This document shows positions 54,980 through 63,837 of a stretch of DNA of 64,000 nucleotides, in pieces. Every line of letters begins with the position of its first letter. Positions within the stretch are counted from its first letter, which is position 1. This DNA comes from Terriglobia bacterium (lineage in GTDB: Bacteria > Acidobacteriota > Polarisedimenticolia > Polarisedimenticolales > JAIQFR01), in the NCBI GenBank assembly GCA_020073205.1, contig JAIQFR010000009.1, positions 17,071 to 81,070 on the forward strand. The letters run 5' to 3'. Below the pieces are notes generated by a model, which was not told the origin of the DNA, ran no database searches, and worked only from the letters and a program-made list of their open reading frames with translations. A program made the position numbers and the translations under genes.

Positions 54980-55010
54980 GGAGCCCCCCGGGGCGCCCCG
55001 GCGGGGCGGG

Positions 55011-56844
55011 TCACTTGCCGCCCGCCCGGCCCAGGATCGCCTCCATCTCGTCCATCGTCTGGTTCATCTCCTTCATGGCCGCGGCGAACGGCGCCGACGT
55101 GGTCATGTCCACCCCGGCCTCCCGCAGGAGATCGATGGGGTACTCGGAGGAGCCGGACTCGAGCATGTGGAGATAGGCGTCGCGCCGCGACGTCGGCGCC
55201 AAGGCGGCTCTAGCCTCCTCCAGGATCCCGCGGGAGAGCGAGATCGAGGCGACCAGGCTCGTGGCGTACTGGTAGACGTAGAAATTCCAGTAGAAGTGCG
55301 GGATGTAGGCCCACTCGATCCCGTACAGGTCCTTGACCTCCGTGACCCCCTGGTCGTGCCCGTAGTACTGGCGGAGGAGCTTCAGGTAGAGCTTCGAGAG
55401 GCCCTCGCCGGTGAGCGTCTCCCCGCGCTCCGCGGTCTCGTGGATCGTGAGCTCGAACTCCGCGAACAGCGTCTGCCGGAACAGGGTGCTCCGCAGGAGG
55501 TCCAGGTGGCTCCCCAGCAGGAACAGGCGGGTCGAGTCGTCCTTGGCGTCGCGGAGCATCTTCCGGAAGAGCAGGTTCTCGTTGAGCGTCGACGCCACCT
55601 CCCCGACGAAGGTCGAGTAGTCGTGGCTGACGTACGGCTGGGTCGTGTCCGAGAGGTACGAGTGCATCGAGTGCCCCGATTCGTGCGCCAGCGTCGAGAC
55701 GTCGTCGTAGTTCCCCATGAAGTTCAGGAGCTCGTACGGGTGGACGCCGTACACGGTCTCGCTGTACGCGCCCGAGCGCTTTCCCTTGGAGGGGAGGAAG
55801 TCCACCCAGCGCGCGGCGTACCCCTTGCGGAGCGTCGCGACGTACTCCTTTCCGAGGGGGGCGAACGCCTCGAGGGTCAGGTCCATCGCCTGCTCCGGCG
55901 TGAACGTCGCGTTGGCCTCCTTCACGATCGGGGCGTACAGGTCCTCGTAGCCGAGCTTGTCGAGCCCCATCATGCGCTTCCTCAGACCGAGGTACCGGTG
56001 GAGCGTCGGCAGGTTCGCGTGCACGTCGGAGATCAGCTGGCGGTAGACCGCGGTGGGAATGGCGTACTCGAAGAGCGCGTCGTCCAGCGAGCCCTTGAAC
56101 TTGTGGACGTCCCGGTCGAACACGTGCGCCTTCACCTGGGCGTAGAGCGACGTGCCCATCGTGCGCTCGAACTCGCGGTAGCGCGTCCAGAAGGCGTCGA
56201 ACACCTTCCCGCGATCCCCGCGATCCGGCGCCGCCCGGTACTTGGTGTACGCCGACGCGTCGAGTCGGATCTTCTCGCCGGTGGACAGCGTGACCTCGGG
56301 ATAGGGGAAGTCCGCGTTGGTGAGGACCGAGTAGATGGCCTCCCCCGCGTTCTCGAGGTTCCCCGCGCGCGCCACGATCCCCTCTTCCTCGGGGCTCAGC
56401 GTGTGCGGCTTGCGCCGGAGGATGTCCTCCAGGAAGAACGCGTACGGCTTGAGGCGGGGCTCCAAGGCCACGAACCCCCTCACCCTCGCAGGGTCCAGCG
56501 AGAGGATCTCGGGCCTCAGGTACGCGGTGGCCGTGCGGTACTCCACGAAGGCGTGGTCGGCCTCCTGCAGCATCTCCTGGCTCCGGCCCACCCTCGTGTC
56601 CTGATCGCGCAGCCAGCTGGCGTACGAGCGGACCCTCGCGAAAGCGGGCGACCTCGGGGATCCGCTTCAAGGCGCGCTCGCGGGTCGACCTCCACGCCGC
56701 CTCGTCGGCGAACACGTCCTTCAGGTTCCAGGTGTACTTCTCCGGGATCTCCGAGCGCTCGACGGCGCCCGCGTGGGGAACGAGAGGCGTCACGAGCGCC
56801 GCCGCGGCCAGGAGGCCGATGGCGCGGGAAAGCACGCTTCGCAT
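55011..56844 (-). pseudogene. pepF: Oligoendopeptidase F (M3B), with the frame disrupted near 56630-56645
   Basis: The main body (55011-56591) carries TLAHESGHSMHSY. The signal peptide and N-terminus (MRSVLSRAIGLLAAAALV..ERSEIPEKYTWNLKDVFADEAAWRS..IPEVARFR, ATG 56844 after GAGGAG) are in a different frame. The main frame already reads RVRSYASWLRDQDT upstream of its first Met. Confidence 0.8.
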
Positions 56845-56922
56845 GATAGGGGCTCCTCGGGTTTCGTCCGAACGCGCGGCCGCGCCGCGTCGGTATGGGG
56901 TGCGACGCTCATGAGACCGGGC

Positions 56923-56928
56923 ATTGTA
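56923..56928 (-). promoter_or_regulatory. Candidate -10 hexamer TACAAT (minus strand) for pepF
   Basis: Plus-strand gcattgtagcc at 56921-56931 reads GGCTACAATGC on the minus strand, 79 nt upstream of ATG 56844. It shares an 11-mer with the leuS -10 region. Confidence 0.35.
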
Positions 56929-57100
56929 GCCGAGGCGGGGCGGGGCGTCAGCCGTCGCGGAAGGTCGCGCAGGCCTTTGCCCGCCGTCCGCTTGGGACGT
57001 ATCCTGAAGGGTTCGTTCAACAGGCCAGACAGGTCGATCTCGTCCGACGGCGCCGCGCCGTGGCGAGACCCGACTTGACTCACGAGGGAGACGGAGCGAC

Positions 57101-58156
57101 ATGAAAGCAGCCGTGATGAAGGAGTTCGGAAAGCCGCTTGCCGTCGTCAACGACTGGAAGGACCCGGAGTGCGGGCCGGCGGACGCCGTGCTGCGGGTGG
57201 AGGCCAACGGCATCTGCCGCTCGGACTGGCACCTGTGGCAGGGCGGGTGGGAGTGGGTCGGGTTCGTTCCGCCGCTGCCCACGGTTCTGGGGCACGAGTA
57301 CTGCGGCGTCGTCGAGGAGGTCGGCTCCGAGGTGAGGAAGTTCAAGAAGGGGCAGAGGGTGGTGGTGCCGTTCCACCACTCGTGCGGGGTCTGCGAGTCC
57401 TGCCAGGCCGGACACCAGAACGTCTGCAGCGACCTCCGGATCCCGGCGTTCCACTACTCCGGGGGCTTCGGGCGGTACGCGCAGGTGGCCCGCGCGGACG
57501 TCAACCTCGTGCCGCTGCCCGAGCCGATCTCCTTCGAAGCGGCCGCCAGCCTCGGCTGCCGTTTCATGACCGCCTTCCATGGCGTGGCGCACCAGGCGGG
57601 CGTCAAGCCCGGGGAGTGGGTGGCGGTCTTCGGGTGCGGTGGCGTCGGCCTCGCCGCGGTCGAGATCGCGACCGCCCTCGGTGCCAACGTGATCGCGGTG
57701 AGCCGCGGCGCGAAGAAGCTCGCGCTGGCCCGGGAGCTGGGCGCGGTGCACACGGTGAGGGCGGACGGGGCGGCCGTGGCGGAGGAGATCGTCGAGCTGA
57801 CCGGGGGAGGTGTCCACGTGTCCGTCGACGCCCTCGGGACCAGCGCCACGACCCTGCCCGCCATCGCGGCCCTGCGCACCCGAGGCCGGCACGTCCGTAT
57901 CGGGATGAGTGGCAAGGAGGACCGGGGGCAGATCTCCCTCCCTGTGGACGTCTTCGTCGCGCGCGAGCTCACCTTCGTCGGCTCCTTCGGCATGCAGGCG
58001 CAGCGCTACCCCGAGATGCTCCGCATGGTCGTAGCCGGGCAGCTGCATCCCGAGAAGCTGGTCGAGCGGCGGATCCCCATCGAGCAAGCCAGTGACGTGC
58101 TGCAAGCGATGAGCGGGTTCGGCACGGTGGGCGTGGCCGTCATCAACCAGTACTGA
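57101..58156 (+). CDS. Zinc-dependent alcohol dehydrogenase family oxidoreductase
   Basis: MKAAVMKEFGKPL..VEANGICRSDWH..GHEYCGVVEEVG..CGVCESCQAG..VFGCGGVGL. Confidence 0.9.
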   Translation: MKAAVMKEFGKPLAVVNDWKDPECGPADAVLRVEANGICRSDWHLWQGGWEWVGFVPPLPTVLGHEYCGVVEEVGSEVRKFKKGQRVVVPFHHSCGVCESCQAGHQNVCSDLRIPAFHYSGGFGRYAQVARADVNLVPLPEPISFEAAASLGCRFMTAFHGVAHQAGVKPGEWVAVFGCGGVGLAAVEIATALGANVIAVSRGAKKLALARELGAVHTVRADGAAVAEEIVELTGGGVHVSVDALGTSATTLPAIAALRTRGRHVRIGMSGKEDRGQISLPVDVFVARELTFVGSFGMQAQRYPEMLRMVVAGQLHPEKLVERRIPIEQASDVLQAMSGFGTVGVAVINQY

Positions 58157-58170
58157 TCGCTCCCGAGTCA

Positions 58171-58190
58171 CCGGCGGACGAGAGCGCCGG
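58171..58190 (+). terminator. Short GC hairpin after the ADH gene
   Basis: CCGGCG-N8-CGCCGG lies 15 nt after the stop. The downstream sequence is only modestly T-rich. Confidence 0.3.
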
Positions 58191-58461
58191 CGCCTCTCGC
58201 AATTTCTTAACCCCGGCCGTTGATCCAAATCACGAGTCGTCGCGGGGCGTTGGCGGACCGTCGGAACGGGGCGCACCGTATCGTGGCGAGAAGTCGTCGG
58301 CCACGGCACCCGCCGACTCGCGAGCGAGCGAGAGCAGTGATGCACGTTTGGCGAAATCAGAAGTCGCTCCTAGCGGCTTCGCGAGAGAAAGGCCGGCGCG
58401 TATTCCTCCATCTCGAGACGTCAAGACGGATATCCCGACCATGATCGAAAGGAGATTACCG

Positions 58462-59109
58462 ATGAATCGATTCTCCTCGAGCTTGAAGGCGAGGTTGTTC
58501 GCTCCCGCGGCCATCGCATTCCTTGCGGTTTTGACGCCCGTGACCGTCGCCGACACGCTGCCCTCAGGGGAAAGACAGATCGGCCAGAGCATCTTGGAGC
58601 CGGCGTACAACGACCTGGATGGGAGCCTCACGTATCTGCTGACCCCGATCAAGGCGCCCGAGAAGGCCAACGGTCACGCCGTGGCGCCGCTGTACGTCAT
58701 CATGTACCCCACGGCCGTGGCGGCCCAGATCGGCACCGTGAGCTGCCAGCACCAGCCGGGCGACAACTGTCCCGACCACGGTCCCGCGTTGGCGGGTCTC
58801 GCGGAGGCCATGGTTCCCGGCGTGTACGGGGCCGGTGTGTGGGGACATGACCACATTCTCACGGCGCCGCCTGGCGCTCCCCATGCCGGTGGAGACTTCA
58901 ATGTCGCCTGGCTTCCGGTGGCCGTTCTCTTCACTAGCCCTGAGGCGGCTTCCAACCACATCACGACGCTGAGCCAGCTCAACGCGGCAATCGCTGCCGG
59001 CCAGGTCATGACGATTCCGCTGCCGGCCGCCACGTTCCATTGCAGCGCGGTCGCGTCGGCCCCGTACGACAACGCTACCCCGGTCCCCTTGGCTCCTCCT
59101 CTGCCGTAG
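58462..59109 (+). CDS. Hypothetical secreted protein
   Basis: ATG at 58462 follows AAGGAG by 7 nt. It has a signal peptide (MNRFSSSLKARLFAPAAIAFLAVLTPVTVA). The mature part is His/Cys-containing and I recognise no family. Confidence 0.6.
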   Translation: MNRFSSSLKARLFAPAAIAFLAVLTPVTVADTLPSGERQIGQSILEPAYNDLDGSLTYLLTPIKAPEKANGHAVAPLYVIMYPTAVAAQIGTVSCQHQPGDNCPDHGPALAGLAEAMVPGVYGAGVWGHDHILTAPPGAPHAGGDFNVAWLPVAVLFTSPEAASNHITTLSQLNAAIAAGQVMTIPLPAATFHCSAVASAPYDNATPVPLAPPLP

Positions 59110-59204
59110 CTCGGCTTCCCCTGTTTCGCGGGAGCTATTCAAAAGGCGGTGAGGACACGTGTCCCGCCCCGAACGCACAGCTTCGGAATAAGGAGGAAGC
59201 GCCC

Positions 59205-59654
59205 ATGGCCGTGAAGCCCATCCCCGATGGTTTCCACACCGTGACCCCGTACCTCGTCGTCCAGGGCGTGCCCAAGGTGATGGAGTTCCTGAGGAGGGCA
59301 TTCGACGCCGAGGAGGTCCACCGCTCGACGACGCCCGACGGGACGATCATGCACGCCCAGATGAAGATCGGCGACTCGATGATCATGATGGGCGAGGCGA
59401 CGAGCGAGCACGCGCCGCAGCCCTGCTCGATCTATCTCTACGTCAAGGACACCGACGCCGTTTACAGGAAGGCGCTCGCGGCCGGCGGCACGTCGATCAT
59501 GGAGCCCGCCGACATGTTCTACGGCGACCGCAACGCCGGGGTGAAGGACGCCTCGGGGATGCAGTGGTGGATCGGCACGCACATCGAGGACGTCGGTCCC
59601 GAGGAGATGGCGAAGCGAACCGAGGCGGCCGTCAAGGAGCGGAAGCGGGGCTGA
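59205..59654 (+). CDS. VOC/glyoxalase-fold protein (PhnB-like)
   Basis: ATG at 59205 follows AAGGAGGAA. VTPYLVVQGVPKVMEFLRRAF..MHAQMKIGDSMIMMGE..FYGDRNAGVKDASGMQWWI. Confidence 0.8.
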   Translation: MAVKPIPDGFHTVTPYLVVQGVPKVMEFLRRAFDAEEVHRSTTPDGTIMHAQMKIGDSMIMMGEATSEHAPQPCSIYLYVKDTDAVYRKALAAGGTSIMEPADMFYGDRNAGVKDASGMQWWIGTHIEDVGPEEMAKRTEAAVKERKRG

Positions 59655-59663
59655 GCGAAAGAG

Positions 59664-59694
59664 GGCGGCGGCCGAGTCGTTCGAACCCGCCGCC
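59664..59694. terminator. Hairpin between convergent VOC and lipoprotein genes
   Basis: An 8-bp GC stem, GGCGGCGG (59664-59671) / CCGCCGCC (59687-59694), with a 15-nt loop. There is no U tract. Confidence 0.35.
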
Positions 59695-60263
59695 TATCGG
59701 ACGATCTCGAAGCTCAACTCCTGCGACGGACGGAGCCCGAGCGATGCCACCACCACGTACGTCCCCGGCTCGCCGGGCAATCCGAAGAACAGCCTCAGAT
59801 CGACCTTGAACTGGCCTCCCACGCGATACCCTTCGCCGTAGACGGGCGGCGTTCCGCCACCGCGCGGCGCGATCTTCGACTTCGGAGAATAGAGAGGAAC
59901 CGATTCGACGCCGGGCTTGTCCTTCCGGGTGAGGGTGAGCTTGATCGCGGCCGCGGGGTTCTGCTCGTACTCCTGGAAGAGCTTGCCGTCCACGCGATAC
60001 GATCCGGCGAGGACGATCGGACGGTCCACATGGTAAGCGGTGCCGGAGCCCTGGCTCTCGGGCACGAGCGCGATCGCGATTCCGATGTCCGGCGGCTCGG
60101 GCGCGTCGGGGTTGGCGCCGAAATCGACGAGTTGGTTCCTTTCGTGGACGCTTGGCTTCATAACGACCGGTCCTTTGTCCGCGGGCTGTTCGGTGGCGAG
60201 CCTGGTTTCGACGCCGCCGCATGCCGCGAGCGACAGCAGCGCCCAAAGACCAAGCGAACGCAT
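59694..60263 (-). CDS. Hypothetical lipoprotein
   Basis: MRSLGLWALLSLAACGG is a lipobox (LAAC). ATG at 60263 lies 2 nt after the stop of the upstream 596-aa gene. Confidence 0.7.
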   Translation of the reverse strand: MRSLGLWALLSLAACGGVETRLATEQPADKGPVVMKPSVHERNQLVDFGANPDAPEPPDIGIAIALVPESQGSGTAYHVDRPIVLAGSYRVDGKLFQEYEQNPAAAIKLTLTRKDKPGVESVPLYSPKSKIAPRGGGTPPVYGEGYRVGGQFKVDLRLFFGLPGEPGTYVVVASLGLRPSQELSFEIVR

Positions 60264-60265
60264 CG

Positions 60266-62056
60266 TCAATCCCTCCAGCGGTCCTTCATCACGGACCTGG
60301 AGAAATCCTGCCCTCGCAGGTAGTCATGGCAGCCTTTCCCGCCCTCGAGGTGGAACGTCGTCAGACGCGTCGTCGAGGACTGCCAGAACATGGCACAAAC
60401 CGTCCCGGGCTTCTTGCAGTGTCCGGTGTGGCCCGTGTCCTCCCAGGCGTCGTGCGCGTTGGCGGGCGCCGGAGGCATGTTGACGAGCCCCAGCGAGTGG
60501 CCGATCTCGTGCACGCTGTCGCTCTTCTGCGTCGGGTCTCGATCCGCCGCGACGTTCGAATCCCTGAGGGCCCCCGTGCACAGGAAGAGGTGATGGCTCC
60601 CGCCGCCCCATCCGAGAGCGAGACCGGGGCCGGCCACCTTGATCTGGAGCTTGATCTTGAGCGGACGGGCCGGCGCGGGAGAGACCGAGGACAGGTCGAC
60701 CTTCACCTGCTTGAATCCGGGCTGCGTCGCGAGGGTCGACGTGCTGAGCGCGGCGTCCGGGATGTCCGTGAAGCTCCCGTTCTTGGGCTGGTATTGCGCG
60801 GCGACCTTCCACGGATGCGCCCCTCCACCGAACTTCCACAGGAAGAACCAGTCCGGCGAGGTCCACGTAAGGCCGGCAAGCGTGTCCTCGACGGTCTTGG
60901 TCTCGTTGTCCGTCTGAGCGTAGTCGATGGTCATGATGTGGCACTTGAACGGGGCCTCGCTGCCCGCGACGAAGTAGTTCTTCGCCTCGTCGCTCCGGTT
61001 CGTTCCGGTGGGCAGGTTGTCGACGTGGGTTGCCTCCGTGCGTGGGGTCTTCTCGATGAATTCCGCGAATACGGTATTGTACCCCGCTTCGAACGCCGAA
61101 GTGACCCCCGCGGGCAAGTCGAACTTCCCTCCCGAGCCGTCCTTCATCTCGGTGACGTGGTACCAGAACATCCTCCAGACCTTGTACGGGCCAGCGGTCA
61201 TGCCCCCTTTGTACCCGCCGTCCTTGGTGACCGACACCTTGAACTCGTCGCCGCCGTAAAGGGACGGGTAGAAGCTGACGACGGGCGTCCATCCCTTCGC
61301 GTCGAGCGACACCGTCGTCTTCTTGGCCCCGCCCGCCGAATCGAATCCCTCCGCGTCCGATCCGGTCAACCCCGTCTTGTTGCCTCCCCCGGGGGTCGAG
61401 TACCAGTACAGCGGCTGCCCGGCCAGCGACTTCGACTTGTCGCCACTCACCCACTCTGCCCTCGCCTTGAACTGGACGACGCGGCCGTACTCCCGGTGAG
61501 CCTTGGCGGCGTCCACTTTCTCGTCGAGGTTGATGTACTGCTTCCGTCCGGCCGGAGCGGCCGTCTTCTCCGCACCCGACTCCGTCCAGACCTCGACGAG
61601 CTCCACGAGCTTGATGTCGTCCGGCGGCGGAGGCGCAGGCGACGCGAGGGTCGGAGGCTTGCTCGGAGCCGGCGCGGGCGCCGCCGACGTCGCGGCGGCC
61701 GCTTCGCCGCCCTCCCACCGGGTCTGGACCGTGCGCAGGTAATCCTCGGCGAAGAGGATGGTCGCGACGGCGTCCCCGACGTCGCGACCCGAGCTCCCGA
61801 GGCGACTCGACGCCGATTCGGCCGAGGACGAGGCGCGCGGCCGAGTCAGGAACCCCGCCGCCAGCGCCGCGCCGGCGTCGCTCGCCAGGAGGTCGGCGAT
61901 CTGGTCCTCCGTGAGACGGCCGACGTCCACCCCCGGCCTCGCTCTGAGGAGCGCGCGGCGGAGCTTCCGGCCCGCGGAGGGGTCGCGTAGGGCTCTGATG
62001 AGGGCCGAACGGAGCTGGGAGTCCGCCAACAATACCCCCTTTCGGACCGGAGCCAT
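60266..62056 (-). CDS. Large hypothetical protein with a C-terminal HExxH zinc-protease-like domain (metzincin/archaemetzincin-like Cys pattern)
   Basis: HEIGHSLGL is encoded at 60497-60511, followed by GHTGHCKKPGTVCAM-x19-C. The N-terminus has no signal peptide, and a Pro/Ala-rich linker (APAPAPSKPPTLASPAPPPP) follows. I chose ATG at 62056 as the start; the track ORF extends to 62200. Confidence 0.65.
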   Translation of the reverse strand: MAPVRKGVLLADSQLRSALIRALRDPSAGRKLRRALLRARPGVDVGRLTEDQIADLLASDAGAALAAGFLTRPRASSSAESASSRLGSSGRDVGDAVATILFAEDYLRTVQTRWEGGEAAAATSAAPAPAPSKPPTLASPAPPPPDDIKLVELVEVWTESGAEKTAAPAGRKQYINLDEKVDAAKAHREYGRVVQFKARAEWVSGDKSKSLAGQPLYWYSTPGGGNKTGLTGSDAEGFDSAGGAKKTTVSLDAKGWTPVVSFYPSLYGGDEFKVSVTKDGGYKGGMTAGPYKVWRMFWYHVTEMKDGSGGKFDLPAGVTSAFEAGYNTVFAEFIEKTPRTEATHVDNLPTGTNRSDEAKNYFVAGSEAPFKCHIMTIDYAQTDNETKTVEDTLAGLTWTSPDWFFLWKFGGGAHPWKVAAQYQPKNGSFTDIPDAALSTSTLATQPGFKQVKVDLSSVSPAPARPLKIKLQIKVAGPGLALGWGGGSHHLFLCTGALRDSNVAADRDPTQKSDSVHEIGHSLGLVNMPPAPANAHDAWEDTGHTGHCKKPGTVCAMFWQSSTTRLTTFHLEGGKGCHDYLRGQDFSRSVMKDRWRD

Positions 62057-62226
62057 GACCTGGGGTAGTCGACCGCGGAGAGCATACACCCGAGCGCCGC
62101 TCCGACATGCACGAATCCGCTTGCCGGCGGCGCCGTGCCGCCGCCCCGGCCACGCGGTCGACCGCGAGTGGGGCGAGATCGCCATCTGCGATACGATCAC
62201 ACCCCCCGAGACGGAGGCCGGCTGCG

Positions 62227-62646
62227 ATGGCGGATGAACTTCAGTTCAGGATCGTCGCGCGCAGGGATCTGCAACCCGCGGACTGCCCGTGGTTCGACCC
62301 CGCACACCACGAGAGCGACGCGAGACGGGATCAGGTCCTTCTCGCGTACGCCGGCGACGAGTGCGTATCCTACGCGGTGTTCGAAGGACCGGGCGGGTAT
62401 GGCGGCGGCGACATCGAGCTCAAGTTCGTCGAGAATGCGCCCCGGCATCATCGCCGGGGCTTCGCGTTCAGAACCATCGAGGAGCTGATCCGTCGGTTTC
62501 CCGATCGGCTCGTCTGGGCGGTCGACGCTCATCCCCGAGCACCGATCCTGCTCCGTAGGGCGGGCTTTCTCTCACCGGACGATGTGAGGCACGATCGTGG
62601 CGGTTTCCGCATCGGAGATGCCTGGGTGCGGTTTCCGGCGGAGTGA
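62227..62646 (+). CDS. Hypothetical protein, possibly GNAT-like acetyltransferase
   Basis: 139 aa, divergent from the protease-like gene. VENAPRHHRRGFAFRTIEELI loosely resembles GNAT motif A, so the assignment is weak. Confidence 0.45.
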   Translation: MADELQFRIVARRDLQPADCPWFDPAHHESDARRDQVLLAYAGDECVSYAVFEGPGGYGGGDIELKFVENAPRHHRRGFAFRTIEELIRRFPDRLVWAVDAHPRAPILLRRAGFLSPDDVRHDRGGFRIGDAWVRFPAE

Positions 62647-62722
62647 TTCGGCGACTCGAGATTCCTTTACAGGCTGGCTCCGACCGCACCCGTGTCCGGT
62701 GAACCGGGGCACTGGATCGCCA

Positions 62723-62848
62723 TCAGGCGGCGCCAAGGCTCCCGCGAACGGATCCCCGCACGCGCGATCCCATCAGCTGCGCCGACACTGAGGTCGCGAA
62801 GATGACCAGCAGCAATGCGAACGCCATGACGATCGAGCGTAGGCGCAT
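62723..62848 (-). CDS. Possible 41-aa secreted peptide (not in the ORF track, under 60 aa)
   Basis: ATG at 62848 follows GGAGAG. It reads MRLRSIVMAFALLLVIFATSVSA/QLMGSRVRGSVRGSLGAA*, and third codon positions are mostly G/C. Confidence 0.3.
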   Translation of the reverse strand: MRLRSIVMAFALLLVIFATSVSAQLMGSRVRGSVRGSLGAA

Positions 62849-62969
62849 ACTCTCTCCGGGGTGTCTCAATGAGGCGCGGCGAGCGCGCGCCCCTATTACC
62901 GATGTCCCCGGACTGAAGTGTTACCTATCTCCCCGACCGTTCACTCGCGGCCGTGAGTAACGAGCCCGC

Positions 62970-63356
62970 TCATTGGCCTTGAGGCGGCTGCCATAGCTCG
63001 ACCTTGTTTCCCTCTGGATCAATGACCCAGGCAAACTTCCCATACTCGGATTCGTCAATCTTCTCGAGCACATTGCAGCCTTCTTCCTTCAAGACCTTGA
63101 CCAAGGCGTGGAGGTCTTCCACTCGGTAGTTGACCATGAAGGGAGCAGAGCTCGGAGCAAAGTGATCGCCTTCTTGCGGACCGATGGACCAGACAGTTGT
63201 GCCTGCAACCGGCTTGCCCTCGGCGTCGGTCCAAGTGAAGGCAGCTCCGCCCCAGACTTGGACATCGATTCCCAAGTGCCGCTTGTACCAAGCCTGCAGT
63301 GATGGAGCGTCTTTGGCCTTGAAGAAGATGCCGCCGATGCCAGTGACTCGTTTCAT
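62970..63356 (-). CDS. VOC/glyoxalase-fold protein
   Basis: ATG at 63356 follows GGAGG. MKRVTGIGGIFFKAKDAPSLQAWYKRHLG..YGKFAWVIDPEGNKVELWQP. GC is visibly lower than the window average. Confidence 0.8.
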   Translation of the reverse strand: MKRVTGIGGIFFKAKDAPSLQAWYKRHLGIDVQVWGGAAFTWTDAEGKPVAGTTVWSIGPQEGDHFAPSSAPFMVNYRVEDLHALVKVLKEEGCNVLEKIDESEYGKFAWVIDPEGNKVELWQPPQGQ

Positions 63357-63775
63357 GTGACCTCCGATGCGCGGTGGTGGTGAGAGGGAGGTTTCTTCTG
63401 CGGCCTCAACGTCGCGCCTGACGCGCGCGCCCGCCGGCGCGGCGCTTGCGGCTTTGTGCAAGCGCCGTGACTGGACGGACTGGCGGGTCCACGCAGCAGC
63501 CTATGAGGCCTCCACCGCAGTTTCTGCCACACTTCACTTGCATCTACCAGCCTGATTCCCACGGTATTCGGGTTCGCCTCCAACTGCATTTCCGTGAACG
63601 GCCCGGAAATAGCGTGCGTCTTGACGTCCACGACCACCACGCCGTCGGGATTCCCCGGCGAGTCACCGACGCGGTCGGCCAGGATGAACCCGGCATTCCA
63701 GCCGACTCGGCAAACACGGAACTGAACTTCCTCCCTTCCCGTGACGGACTGCTGGCCATCTACCAGATAGGAATT
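63353..63775 (-). pseudogene. Open frame without a canonical start; possible gene remnant
   Basis: The frame is open from the TGA at 63776-63778. It reads SYLVDGQQSVTGREEVQFRVCRVGWNAGFILADRVGDSPGNPDGVVVVDVKTHAISGPFTEMQLEANPNTVGIRLVDASEVWQKL, then runs as basic low-complexity sequence into the VOC gene. There is no ATG; only an internal GTG at 63640. Confidence 0.25.
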
Positions 63776-63837
63776 TCAAGCTTCGTCGCGCGGCTCGTGC
63801 TGTGCGAATGCGCCGCGTGAGAATGGCGCGGCGCCGC

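Noticed and set aside
59664-59694. GTTCGAACCC flanked by GC stems, superficially tRNA-like
   Set aside because: Only a single hairpin is present, and a cloverleaf cannot be drawn. It is better explained as an intergenic hairpin between convergent genes.
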